DNA from: a virus
Lineage: Duplodnaviria; Caudoviricetes
Virus record (IMG/VR): IMGVR_UViG_3300028586_000028
Coordinates: 1-51,568 of that record
Length of the DNA: 51,568 bases
Reading direction: 5' to 3' (one strand)
Shown: piece by piece, positions 26,456 to 35,436 of the stretch
How the letters are laid out: each line of letters opens with the position of its first letter
How positions within the stretch are numbered: the first letter of the stretch is position 1
Made by a program: the position numbers and the translations under genes
Notes under the pieces: generated by a model
The model's input: the letters and a program-made list of their open reading frames with translations, nothing else
Told to the model about the DNA's origin: nothing
The model's database searches: none

Positions 26456-26971
26456 TTACGTGGGGAAATGCTGTTGAATAATGCGCCCTAGGGCCCCCCG
26501 GCCCACTTCTGCGACCTCGGCCGCCTCGTCACTCTCAGGAGCCAGGAAATCGCCGTAGTGGTCCATGTTGAAGCGCACCTTGTCGGCGCTCTCCTGGTCC
26601 GAGGCCACGATAGCCGCCGTGTAGATGGTGCCCGAAAAGCCGGTATACATCGTTTGCAGGCTGCGAAACATCCGGCCGGTGAAGGTGAGCGTCACCACGT
26701 CCGACTTGAGCCCCAGGGCTGCCTTGAAGCCGGGGTAGCTGCCTTTTTTCTTTTCGGCGGCGTAGGCCCGGCCGCCGGCGTTGAAGGCTTTCTTTTTGAA
26801 GAAGAAGCGCGGCACCAACTTGCCGGTGTAGTTGGCTCCGGCTAGCCCGTCGCTTTGAATCCGCAACGTCACCAACGCCAGCACCGTTTGCGCCTGCACC
26901 TGCACGATGCGCGGGGCCTCAGCCAGCAGGGCGGCACGGCAGGCGGCAACGGCTTCTTGCAGGGTGGGCAC
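26456..26971 (-). CDS. Neck/tail completion protein
   Basis: VTLTFTGRMFRSL motif and position. Confidence 0.6.
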   Translation of the reverse strand: MPTLQEAVAACRAALLAEAPRIVQVQAQTVLALVTLRIQSDGLAGANYTGKLVPRFFFKKKAFNAGGRAYAAEKKKGSYPGFKAALGLKSDVVTLTFTGRMFRSLQTMYTGFSGTIYTAAIVASDQESADKVRFNMDHYGDFLAPESDEAAEVAEVGRGALGRIIQQHFPT

Positions 26972-27033
26972 GAGTGCAATTTATTTTGATGTAAAGGCCG
27001 ATAATCGGCCGCCTATTAGTTGGATAGTGCTAT

Positions 27034-28077
27034 TTACCCCGTCCACACCGTGCGCATGCCCCGCGCCGGGGGGCGTAGGTAGCAGGGGTGCTGCACCTGC
27101 CCTAGGCCCTCGGGCGAATTCACCCAAGTCAAGTACTCAGCGGCCTTTGCCGCGTAGTTTTCGAGCTGGGCAGCCAGGGCTTTGGGCTCCAGCATGGTGT
27201 AGCGGTTCGTGTCGCGGGCGCTCAGCAGGTCGGAGGTGAAGAGTTCGGCCGCCTTGTACATCAAGGCAATGCCGATGTAACGGGCTAGCTCTGGGTAGCG
27301 CAGAATCGGGGAGCCTTGGGCGTCGTCCCCATCGGAGCCCAGGGTGAAGCAGAGGAAATCCGGCTCGGCGGTGCACTCTTCGACCGCCAGAAAGGACAAG
27401 CCGTTGCCCAGCGTATTCGAGTCCCAGCCCGTGATGTTGTTCTTCACCGCCACAGCCCACGGGGCGCCCGCGTTGCAGCCGAAGCAGTACACCTTGTTCT
27501 GGTAGATGCGCACGCCCTCGGGCAACACCACCTCAATCGTATGTTGGTTGCCATCAAGCGGAATCAGTATGCCCCCGGCCGGCAAGCCGCTGGCTACCTG
27601 CTTGAGGGTACTGATACGCGCTACCTCTACGCCATCCACAAGCAGCGGGGCGTCAACCAAGTCAACCGTGCTCAGCACTTTTAGCGTGGGGATGCGCCAG
27701 GCCCCCTCCCGCCGGGCGTTGGTGTAGAAGCTCAGTAGCCCCCGTGTGCCCACGGGGGCTAGCTGGCCGTTGCCCAGGCCCCCCAGGGTGCCGCGCTGCT
27801 GATAGAGCGGGATGCCGTAGCTTTTGGCGCGGCCCGCTTCGATAGTGGCCTTTACCTGGATAACGGCCAGGGCGCGGGCCTTGCCTAAGCGGTCGTAGAG
27901 GTCAGTAGCGGCGGCGGCCCCAGCGGCGGGCTGCAAGCGTAGCCCTTCGGCCATGTCCACGTACAGTTCAGTAGTGCTCGCGCTCACCGCGGCCGCCGCA
28001 ACGGGGTCGGTGGGCAGGTCGAAGCACAGGGAGCCTTTCGAGAGGCCAATAAGCGAGGTGAGGCAGTCAGCGGGCAT
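27034..28077 (-). CDS. Head-tail adaptor-like structural protein
   Basis: Follows the capsid gene; start set at the ATG after the late motif. Confidence 0.6.
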   Translation of the reverse strand: MPADCLTSLIGLSKGSLCFDLPTDPVAAAAVSASTTELYVDMAEGLRLQPAAGAAAATDLYDRLGKARALAVIQVKATIEAGRAKSYGIPLYQQRGTLGGLGNGQLAPVGTRGLLSFYTNARREGAWRIPTLKVLSTVDLVDAPLLVDGVEVARISTLKQVASGLPAGGILIPLDGNQHTIEVVLPEGVRIYQNKVYCFGCNAGAPWAVAVKNNITGWDSNTLGNGLSFLAVEECTAEPDFLCFTLGSDGDDAQGSPILRYPELARYIGIALMYKAAELFTSDLLSARDTNRYTMLEPKALAAQLENYAAKAAEYLTWVNSPEGLGQVQHPCYLRPPARGMRTVWTG

Positions 28078-28081
28078 AGCG

Positions 28082-28116
28082 CAAAACTGCGCGGGGAGGG
28101 GTGGGGGCCAGAAATA
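28082..28116 (-). promoter_or_regulatory. Candidate late promoter copy b
   Basis: TATTTCTGG-N18-CAGTTTTG-CGCT-ATG. Confidence 0.65.
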
Positions 28117-28122
28117 GGGCAC

Positions 28123-28154
28123 GAAAAAGCCCCCGGCCAGATGACCGGAGGCTT
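28123..28154 (-). terminator. Intrinsic terminator after the capsid gene
   Basis: Minus strand AAGCCTCCGGTC-ATCT-GGCCGGGGGC-TTTTT. Confidence 0.8.
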
Positions 28155-28178
28155 GGGGCGCTAGTCCTTTTCCAGTTG

Positions 28179-29213
28179 CTAAGCGCCTCGTTTCGCGGCT
28201 AGGATGCCGGGGCGGGCAGCGCCAACGCCGGGGGCCTTATGAAAGCCCAGGTTGGCTTTCATCTTCCAGGTATAGCCAATGTCCGAATGCGACTTGGTGC
28301 CCGTGATGTCTGAGCACCCCAGCGAGGCGAACATGTCGTACCTCATGCCGGAGATGCCCATCGACTGGATAACGCTGCGGTTTTGTTGCACCGTGCCCGC
28401 GTAGTAGGTCGGGGCTGGCTCGTTGAAGGTCTTGTGAAACAGGGCAGCAGCCCCGCGCTTCACCAAGAAGTCGTCTACCTGCGTCAACCCGGCCTCCGTA
28501 AAGCCCAAGATGTCCTCGTAGGGACTCAGCGCCGTGGCGCGGTTCGCGTCGCCCCGGCCATCCAAGTTACCTTGGTTGAGGCGGGCGTTCTCTAGGAACG
28601 TGAACAGGGCACCATCGTCAATCACAAAGGGGTTGCCCATACGGTTTTTGATAGCCATCAGGCGCAGGTCGGCGTACATCTGCAAGCCGTAGTTAGCGGC
28701 CGGGATGTTGATAACGCCGTTGGCCTGCGTGGCGTAGGTGGGCAGCGTGCCCGGCAGGGCAGCATCGGCGTTGGCGTAGAGCTGCGCCAGGGTGTAGGTA
28801 TTCACCGCATTGTCGAGCAGAATCATCCGGCGCGCCATCAGGAACGCGGTTTCTTCCTCCACGGTGCGGCCCATGCGGCGGGCGCTCTCCTTCGAGACGC
28901 TGAACGTCACTTCAATGCACTTGGGCACCGAAATGTTAATGGCTTGGCCGGTAGCGGGCACGCCATCAAGTACGCAATCGCTGGTACAATCGCGCACAGC
29001 GCCGTTATCGTCGGTTCCCCACACGATATCCACGTTGTCGGTGGGCGACGCCTGGAGCAGCTGCTGCGCCCGCGCGGCGGCTTGGTTGGCAAGCACGGCG
29101 TTCACCGTGTCTACCATTGCGGGGTTGAACGCTAGCTCTTCGAGGTTGCCAGCGTACACCTCTTCGGCGCGCTCGCGCACGTTGAGTACATAAAGGGCTG
29201 ATAAATCGGCCAT
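28179..29213 (-). CDS. Major capsid protein
   Basis: 344 aa, after the scaffold gene and before a terminator; assignment by synteny. Confidence 0.75.
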   Translation of the reverse strand: MADLSALYVLNVRERAEEVYAGNLEELAFNPAMVDTVNAVLANQAAARAQQLLQASPTDNVDIVWGTDDNGAVRDCTSDCVLDGVPATGQAINISVPKCIEVTFSVSKESARRMGRTVEEETAFLMARRMILLDNAVNTYTLAQLYANADAALPGTLPTYATQANGVINIPAANYGLQMYADLRLMAIKNRMGNPFVIDDGALFTFLENARLNQGNLDGRGDANRATALSPYEDILGFTEAGLTQVDDFLVKRGAAALFHKTFNEPAPTYYAGTVQQNRSVIQSMGISGMRYDMFASLGCSDITGTKSHSDIGYTWKMKANLGFHKAPGVGAARPGILAAKRGA

Positions 29214-29235
29214 TGGGTCGGGTTGGGGTTAAGGG

Positions 29236-30129
29236 TTAGGCGGCCAGCGTCTCCCCATAGGCAGCTAGCTCCTTTCGGGCGGCTAGCGGTAGCGTTTGGT
29301 CGGCTCGCAGGGCCGCGATTTCATCTTTGGTCTTGGGGGCGTCGCCTTTGAAGTGCTCAAACTGAAAGCCTGTCCTGGGCAGGACATCGCCAGGCTTCAC
29401 GCCTGGGGAGCTTTTCTCCGCAGACACGGGCAAGTCGTAAAGCGTCTCCGTCTGCTTGCGCACGAAGTCGGAGAGCTTCACGGCGTGGCCTAAGCCATCG
29501 GTGAGCACCTCGCCCGGGGCGGCGGGGTCGGCCGGGAACAGTTCGCCATTCACTTCCACGAACTGCCCGGAAGCAATGCGGCTCAGCAAATCGGCGCGCT
29601 GGGTAGCGGCTCGGGTGGTGTCTTGGCTGAACACCGGGTTCAACTCGGCTACTACGGCGGCGGCTTTCTCCGTCACTTTCGCGGCTAGTTGCTTCTGGGC
29701 AAAGGCTTCGCGCTCGGCTTTGAAGTCGCCTTGCACCCTGTCTACTGCCTCGCGCACCTTGCTTTCGGTGGCGGTGGTCAGCTCGTTCAGCTTCGACTTA
29801 ACGGCGGGGTGGCCCAGGGCCTGCTCGGGCGTAATGCCCTTGCCAGCATCTTCGGCCGCCACTAATTTCAGCGCTTCGATGGCGGCCGGCAGTGCGTCGG
29901 CAGAAGCATCTTCAACGCCTGCATCTTTGAATATTTTTTCTACTGCCTTGCGCTCCTTCATAGTAGCGGTGCGGTGGCCCTGGTCCCTCTGCTCCTTGTA
30001 CTTGGGCTCAAAGATTTCAATGGCTACGGCTTGGGCGGCAGCGTCCGATTTAAGTCGTTCGGCAACTACAGTGGCATCGGCACCTGACGCGGCCGAAATA
30101 ATCGCAATGGCTTTTTCTAGTTCGGTCAT
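29236..30129 (-). CDS. Capsid scaffolding protein
   Basis: Charged, helical, upstream of the capsid gene. Confidence 0.7.
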   Translation of the reverse strand: MTELEKAIAIISAASGADATVVAERLKSDAAAQAVAIEIFEPKYKEQRDQGHRTATMKERKAVEKIFKDAGVEDASADALPAAIEALKLVAAEDAGKGITPEQALGHPAVKSKLNELTTATESKVREAVDRVQGDFKAEREAFAQKQLAAKVTEKAAAVVAELNPVFSQDTTRAATQRADLLSRIASGQFVEVNGELFPADPAAPGEVLTDGLGHAVKLSDFVRKQTETLYDLPVSAEKSSPGVKPGDVLPRTGFQFEHFKGDAPKTKDEIAALRADQTLPLAARKELAAYGETLAA

Positions 30130-30189
30130 GGTTATGACTATACAGTAGGCGAGTGGCCCGGCGCGGGATTGCGCCGGGGTAGTCGGGGG

Positions 30190-30381
30190 TTAGGCTGCCG
30201 CTGGGGCTTCTTTCGGGGGCTTAGTAGCTGGCACATCAGCGGGCTTCTTAGGCTGAAGCGGTTTAACCGTGTACAGCGGAAAGTTGCGGCCAGTCTGCGT
30301 CTTAATAGCGGCTAGTTCTTGGTCGGTCACATCCTCCGTGTGGCCGTTGTCGAGGGTGAGGCGGTGGGCCTTGTCGCTCAT
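30190..30381 (-). CDS. Small hypothetical protein (start MSDKAH)
   Basis: Operon packing. Confidence 0.65.
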   Translation of the reverse strand: MSDKAHRLTLDNGHTEDVTDQELAAIKTQTGRNFPLYTVKPLQPKKPADVPATKPPKEAPAAA

Positions 30382-30385
30382 AGCC

Positions 30386-30928
30386 TTACACGATGTCAGC
30401 AGGTTTCTCCACGGCGATAGTCCAGCCGGCATGTTCGCCTTGGGTTTCCATCGCATCCCAGGTAATCTGGCTGAAGCCACGGCGGCCGTGGTCGGGGCGC
30501 ACGGCGATGATATCCGAGTCCGAGAGGGGGGCGGGGGTTGCCTTGGCGGCGGCATCTACTACCGTGACTGGCACGGGGGCGGGCTTCTCAACCGGGTTGT
30601 TTAGCGCCTTGAGCTTCTTGCGGGCCTTGAGGATGCGGATGTGCTCCTCGATTTCGAAGGCGCTAACGCCGGGGGCCTCTGCGTCGAAGTCAGCACTGCC
30701 AGGCTCGGGGCCTCGGACCTCTTCTACATCTGCTCCAGCATCGCTTGGCGCTTCGCCAGCAGGCTGATACGGCAGAAAGCCGAGAGGCAGTTCGGCCGAC
30801 TTGCCCTCGGGCGCAGATTGGGCTTCGGTGGGGGCCGCAGCTACACTAGTGTCCGCCCCCTTTTCCGTAGCTGGGGGCGTTGCGGTGGTGTCGGGCGCGG
30901 CCGGCACGTTTTCCTTTTTGATGGTCAT
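30386..30928 (-). CDS. Low-complexity Pro/Ala/Glu-rich protein (start MTIKKE)
   Basis: First gene after late motif d. Confidence 0.65.
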   Translation of the reverse strand: MTIKKENVPAAPDTTATPPATEKGADTSVAAAPTEAQSAPEGKSAELPLGFLPYQPAGEAPSDAGADVEEVRGPEPGSADFDAEAPGVSAFEIEEHIRILKARKKLKALNNPVEKPAPVPVTVVDAAAKATPAPLSDSDIIAVRPDHGRRGFSQITWDAMETQGEHAGWTIAVEKPADIV

Positions 30929-30970
30929 TAAGGGCGGGGCTTTAAGTGGGGGATGCATTTCTTCGTGCCC

Positions 30971-31005
30971 CAAAAGTCCCGCCTCCCCCCAGCCCCCGAA
31001 AAGCT
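30971..31005 (-). promoter_or_regulatory. Candidate late promoter copy d
   Basis: AGCTTTTCG-N18-GACTTTTG. Confidence 0.6.
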
Positions 31006-31019
31006 GCGACCTTTGCCCC

Positions 31020-31187
31020 ATGCGCTACACTCCCTGCCTCCAACGAATCCGCCGCCGCCCGGTGCCACCTGCTACTGTGACGCTGTTTGGGCCGGGTGGC
31101 TTGGTGGGGCTGGATTTGGGAGCCGTGCTGCATCAGCTGGAGATGCGGGAGCTGTTGCGGGATAGCGGGGTGCGGGGACGGGTGTAA
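31020..31187 (+). CDS. Small peptide (55 aa, MRYTPCLQRIRRRP...)
   Basis: GACCTTTG lies 4 nt before the ATG. Confidence 0.4.
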   Translation: MRYTPCLQRIRRRPVPPATVTLFGPGGLVGLDLGAVLHQLEMRELLRDSGVRGRV

Positions 31188-31218
31188 CTTGGGGGCTCAC
31201 TTAACAAATGCCCGGTAT

Positions 31219-31515
31219 ATGGCTGATGATTCATCGATTGGTTTCTCGCAGGACCAACTGCTAAAACACCTGCTAGCCTCTTCCATTAGAATGGAGGCGG
31301 CAATCAACGTGCTTGTTGATACGCAGGCCGCACTGACTGCAAAGGTTTACGATACCGACCACGAGCAGGAATTTAAGCACATGGCGGCAGCTATTGAAAA
31401 GCAAAAGGAGGCGATACTAGCGCATTCTATTGCTAACCGAGAAGATGCGCCTCCAATCCAGCGCGCAACCATTAGGCAACTAGCACAGCCCAAAAAGCCT
31501 TACACTGGCTTCTAA
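31219..31515 (+). CDS. Moron hypothetical protein (start MADDSS)
   Basis: Lower GC, antisense to the head operon, followed by a terminator. Confidence 0.7.
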   Translation: MADDSSIGFSQDQLLKHLLASSIRMEAAINVLVDTQAALTAKVYDTDHEQEFKHMAAAIEKQKEAILAHSIANREDAPPIQRATIRQLAQPKKPYTGF

Positions 31516-31517
31516 CC

Positions 31518-31550
31518 AAAAAGCCCCGGCCTAGAAAGCTGGGGCTTTTT
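31518..31550. terminator. Bidirectional intrinsic terminator
   Basis: aaaaagccccggc-ctagaaa-gctggggcttttt. Confidence 0.88.
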
Positions 31551-31560
31551 CGCTTATGAA

Positions 31561-31645
31561 AACAACGCCGTTACTCACCACGGGCGCGGGTCAGGCCCCA
31601 TTGCCAGCCGTTATTGCCAAACCATAGCCCGGTTAACGCGGGGGT
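31561..31645 (-). ncRNA. Candidate structured non-coding element, copy 1
   Basis: 24/26 identity to 50524-50549, plus a covarying stem; strand inferred. Confidence 0.55.
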
Positions 31646-31670
31646 TTCGGGTGGGTGGGGTGGTCTCGGG

Positions 31671-31886
31671 TTAGTCCTTAAATTCTAGGTAGAGCCCATA
31701 CGGCCAAGTAATTACTATTAGCGGGCCAAGCACCCATGCTACTCCATCCTTAGAAAGAGGGGTGCCGGCTTCGTCGGCGGCAGCTTTGCACATCTCATCG
31801 TACGACCGCCAGCCGCAGATAATAACGGTTCGGACTAGGTCCGCAAGCCCAATGCACAAGTAAATGACTACTGCTGATAGTATCAT
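31671..31886 (-). CDS. Small membrane protein
   Basis: Two hydrophobic segments and a WP motif. Confidence 0.65.
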   Translation of the reverse strand: MILSAVVIYLCIGLADLVRTVIICGWRSYDEMCKAAADEAGTPLSKDGVAWVLGPLIVITWPYGLYLEFKD

Positions 31887-31897
31887 AAAGGGGTGGG

Positions 31898-32221
31898 CTA
31901 ATCTTGCTCGCTTGTGACAATTGGGTTAAGAGCCAGCAGGGCCGCCCGAGCTTCTATGAAGCCCTTGCTGCGTTGCGGCTCAATCGGGAGGCAGTCCGGC
32001 CCGCCTAGCAATAGACACCCGATGGCCTCCATCCCATGCACATTCCATTGCTCGATAAAAGGCACCGCCCAATGGAAGTCCGTGTCTTCCAATTTTACCG
32101 AGCAACTGTCGGCGTAGGCAAAGAAATCATTGAAGTGTAGGTTGATGCTGCCCGCCCACAGTAGCATTGCCAGCGGGGCAGTTGGGTACTTTTCGGGGGA
32201 GTTGTCAAGCCATTTTACCAT
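31898..32221 (-). CDS. Hypothetical protein
   Basis: NDFFAYAD motif; lower GC; start uncertain. Confidence 0.6.
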   Translation of the reverse strand: MVKWLDNSPEKYPTAPLAMLLWAGSINLHFNDFFAYADSCSVKLEDTDFHWAVPFIEQWNVHGMEAIGCLLLGGPDCLPIEPQRSKGFIEARAALLALNPIVTSEQD

Positions 32222-32255
32222 ACACGAATATACACACTATCGCCCAAATAACCAA

Positions 32256-33149
32256 CTACTTAACAAACAGTTTACCTTCTTTGTCTTCGGCCAAATCCTC
32301 CCGCATACGCAGCGCCACAAGGTTCGGAATCGCGTGAAGCCCGTGGCGACAAGAGTAGCCCCCGCAGTCAACAAACGGGTCGTACGGGTCGGTCTTGCCG
32401 CTGAACTTGCCGGCCTGCTTATCCGAGTAGCCCCCGAACGCATCCGCTTTAGTGCCGAAGCGGCGGACCTCAAAGTCCGCAAACGCCTTCCCGTTGCGCA
32501 CCCGGCAAAACGGGCGGCTCGTGTCAATCAACCCGCCCTGGTAGAGAAACGCCTGAAGCCCTAGCTCCTTGGCGGCGATGGTTTGCAGCGCTCGGTCGTT
32601 GCGGCTGAAATCATCAGCAGATTCCCGGTAGAGCGTCGCCACTAGTCCTTCCGCCGGCTTGTCCCCCCCTAGCACAAGCTGCTTCAGCCCCACGCGGTAT
32701 GCCTCTAGCCCGGTGCCGCTAGCCTGCGCGGAGTAGGCGTAGGTAAGCACCTGCTGGCGCACGGCGGTATTGCCGGCTAGCAAGTCCAGATACCCGCCCG
32801 GCACCACTGCGCCGGCGGCATCTACCCCGAGGCGCGCCGTGAGGAAGTCCGTGAGCGGGGCGCGCAGGGCTGCGTAGCCGGCTACGTCCAACTCCTGGAA
32901 GTACGACACGTTGAGCGCCGGCAGGTGCAGCATAGCCTGCCCGTAGGTGTAGGCCAGCGGCACCAAGGTGGTGGCGGCGTACTCCTGGAGCAGGGTGGGC
33001 AGCAGGGTGGGGTCGGCGTGAATGTCCGTCAGGCGGGCGAGCAGGCGCTCGTACAAGTCGCGCTGCGCCCCATCAGCCGCAGCCGCCACTTGGGCTTCTA
33101 GGGCCGCTATGGCTTCGAGGCGGCGCTGGGCGAGGTCTTGGGGGCTCAT
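32256..33149 (-). CDS. Minor head/morphogenesis protein (SPP1 gp7/Mu gpF-like)
   Basis: YQGGLIDTSRPFC...CGGYSCRH; follows the portal gene. Confidence 0.75.
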   Translation of the reverse strand: MSPQDLAQRRLEAIAALEAQVAAAADGAQRDLYERLLARLTDIHADPTLLPTLLQEYAATTLVPLAYTYGQAMLHLPALNVSYFQELDVAGYAALRAPLTDFLTARLGVDAAGAVVPGGYLDLLAGNTAVRQQVLTYAYSAQASGTGLEAYRVGLKQLVLGGDKPAEGLVATLYRESADDFSRNDRALQTIAAKELGLQAFLYQGGLIDTSRPFCRVRNGKAFADFEVRRFGTKADAFGGYSDKQAGKFSGKTDPYDPFVDCGGYSCRHGLHAIPNLVALRMREDLAEDKEGKLFVK

Positions 33150-33307
33150 TCTTCGGGATTCTTGCTAATCCCCGCCCGAAAGCGTGGACCGGGCACAAAG
33201 TCGCCGGGATAGCTTTTGGCGAAGTCGCCAGCTATCCACGCCCCAATAGCTGCCCCGCCTAAGAGCCCGCCTAAAACCCCGATTACTGCTAGTAGCTCGT
33301 AGCTCAT
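33146..33307 (-). CDS. Gly-zipper membrane peptide (53 aa)
   Basis: Hand-translated MSYELLAVIGVLGGLLGGAAIGAWIAG...; fills the gap with an ATGA overlap. Confidence 0.55.
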   Translation of the reverse strand: MSYELLAVIGVLGGLLGGAAIGAWIAGDFAKSYPGDFVPGPRFRAGISKNPEE

Positions 33308-33309
33308 CG

Positions 33310-35178
33310 TTACACTGTGGCTGGGGCCGCTAAAGGATTGAGATTCATACGAGGCATGGAGGCGGCGGCGCTGGGTAGGCCGGCGAGGATTTGCTTCACC
33401 TTCGCGTCTACTAGCGTTACCTGCGCCGGGTAGGCCAATTGGTAGAAGTCGGTGCGCTCAACCTCCAGCTCGCCAAAGATGATATCCACGTGCGTGCGCC
33501 GTACCCGGTGGTCTGCCGAGATGTAGCCGAGCGTAGCCTGTTGCGTCACCCACTCGTTGGGCTGCCCCAGAAAGGTCATGTGGCGGCGCTTCACGCGGTT
33601 CTTGAGTAGCCCCTCAGGGTCGTTGGCGTACTGCTTGATGGCTATTTGGTCATCCAACGCTTCGAGTTGGTTGCTGTCAGCCCTTGCCTTTACGGCCTTC
33701 TCGCGCAGAGCCAGCAGGTCGTCTAGCGTCACCTTTTCCAGGTCGGCGGGGAACTCGTAGGTTACTTCAGGAGCACCTGCATCCACGTAGGCGGCGCACA
33801 CCTTGGCGTGGTGCACATAGGCGGCGCTGAACCAATCAGCAAAGGGGGCCAGGGCCGTTAGCTCGGATTGCTGGTCTATCTTATCCTGCGTGGCGGTTTT
33901 GGTGCCGACGCGGGCGCCGTCGTAGTTACCGAATATGGTTTGCATGAACAGCTTGCCGGCCCGGTCTAGGTAGTCTACCTGAAACTTGGGCAGGTCCACG
34001 CTAGGCCCCAGGAAGGCCATCGCGTCGGCGGGCTTCACGGGAATATCCTCGTCCTTTTTGGGGTAGGGGACCGTTACGGTGCGCAGGGCTGTCGTGGACA
34101 TGTTCACATCCTCCCCCGTGCCGCCACATGCTCCGCAGGGCTGGAATAGCTGCATGTTAATGCCATTCTTGCAAGTGTAGTGCGCCCCCGTAGCTGGGTC
34201 AACCTCCCCCGGGCAGTCATTGGCGTACGCCGCCCGGATAGGCGACGACATTTGCGACATCACGATATCATTCTCCGAACCAACCTTGAGGCTCTGCTTC
34301 AGAAAGCACACCCCCGCATGCAGCGGGCTCACGAACGACTCGCCGCTGCCTTCCTCATCCACGACGTAGCCCAGCACCTTGAGCGGCACCCGCTTGGCGT
34401 TGTGCTTCAGCAGGCGGCATTGATAGAGCACCTTGTCCGCTGTGCCATTCAGCGCCGGCTCCTTCATCTCGTACATGATAACCGCCCCCTCGGGCATCGT
34501 GGGCACGGGCGTGTTACCGTCGTAGAGCACCGGCCAGCAATCGACCGCCTCGTTATCGAGCCAGCACACGTAGCGGTAGGCGCTGGCGCTTTGGGGGATA
34601 CTGAGGCGGCCCACGAAGTAGCTGACCTTCCCAGCCAGGCGGCCAAAGTCAACCGCTGCCTCGCAGGGGAATAGCACGGGGTAAGGCTGGGGCACCTCGG
34701 TGCGGTAGTCGAAAGCGCCAAAGTCGGTGAGCTGCCAGGCGTTGGGGTCGCTCATGCAGTGGCTCTTGGTGAGCTGCTCAGCCAGGTAGGCTTCTAAGGG
34801 TTCCTCCTGGTAGTAGCCGTTCACGGCCTGGGTGAGGCGGCCCCGTAGCCGGTCTACGTCCGACACCGCCAAATCGGGGCCGTAGTCGAAGCGTTTTACG
34901 ACGGTACCCCCCCGTAGGCGGGCTACCTCGTAGTACTTCTTGCGGGCCTGGTCCCACCACGCGGGCACGGTGGTTATCATCATGGCTACCCGGCTGGCGT
35001 ACTCCGCATCCGTTTCCTGGGAAGCATACTGCCGCATCAGGTGCTCAATGCCTTTACCCGTGGCTAGCCGGCGGTACGTAACGGCACGATCGACCGTGAG
35101 GGCGTAGTCGGGGTGGGTGGCGCCCGTTAGGCAGACGGCTTCAAGGCGGGGTAGAATGTCGGCAACGGTTCGCGGCAT
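33310..35178 (-). CDS. Portal protein
   Basis: 622 aa, downstream of TerL; start set after the late motif. Confidence 0.8.
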   Translation of the reverse strand: MPRTVADILPRLEAVCLTGATHPDYALTVDRAVTYRRLATGKGIEHLMRQYASQETDAEYASRVAMMITTVPAWWDQARKKYYEVARLRGGTVVKRFDYGPDLAVSDVDRLRGRLTQAVNGYYQEEPLEAYLAEQLTKSHCMSDPNAWQLTDFGAFDYRTEVPQPYPVLFPCEAAVDFGRLAGKVSYFVGRLSIPQSASAYRYVCWLDNEAVDCWPVLYDGNTPVPTMPEGAVIMYEMKEPALNGTADKVLYQCRLLKHNAKRVPLKVLGYVVDEEGSGESFVSPLHAGVCFLKQSLKVGSENDIVMSQMSSPIRAAYANDCPGEVDPATGAHYTCKNGINMQLFQPCGACGGTGEDVNMSTTALRTVTVPYPKKDEDIPVKPADAMAFLGPSVDLPKFQVDYLDRAGKLFMQTIFGNYDGARVGTKTATQDKIDQQSELTALAPFADWFSAAYVHHAKVCAAYVDAGAPEVTYEFPADLEKVTLDDLLALREKAVKARADSNQLEALDDQIAIKQYANDPEGLLKNRVKRRHMTFLGQPNEWVTQQATLGYISADHRVRRTHVDIIFGELEVERTDFYQLAYPAQVTLVDAKVKQILAGLPSAAASMPRMNLNPLAAPATV

Positions 35179-35182
35179 AGCG

Positions 35183-35217
35183 CAAAACTGCGCCGATGGG
35201 GTAGCGGGCGGGAAGCT
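35183..35217 (-). promoter_or_regulatory. Candidate late promoter copy a
   Basis: AGCTTCCCG-N18-CAGTTTTG-CGCT-ATG. Confidence 0.65.
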
Positions 35218-35428
35218 AGGCTTCTGATTTGCGCTCAGCCAGCATTCTAAGCACCCCTTGCGGGCTGGCATCAAAGGACTCCTTGCTCTCATGCACACCG
35301 ATTGGGGCGGGCAAATCCTTGTCTAGCACCTCGCGTATTGACCTTGCCTCTTCTTCTGAAAATGGGCCGAAATAGGCAATAGGCCGGCCGTATTCACTGC
35401 TGTTGTTCATGCCGCAATATAGAAACAA
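35216..35428 (-). CDS. Small hypothetical protein
   Basis: Between TerL and portal; YFGPF motif. Confidence 0.5.
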   Translation of the reverse strand: MFLYCGMNNSSEYGRPIAYFGPFSEEEARSIREVLDKDLPAPIGVHESKESFDASPQGVLRMLAERKSEA

Positions 35429-35436
35429 TCAGCCAC

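Noticed and set aside
30190-30520. Shared KPAD motif suggesting 30190-30381 and the end of 30386-30928 are paralogous
   Set aside because: The similarity is too short to support without a profile alignment.
31565-31587. Resemblance of GCGCCCGTGGTGAGTAACGGCGT to 16S rRNA (GCGCACGGGTGAGTAACGCGT)
   Set aside because: Short, gapped, not kept in copy 2, and there is no other rRNA sequence; probably coincidence.
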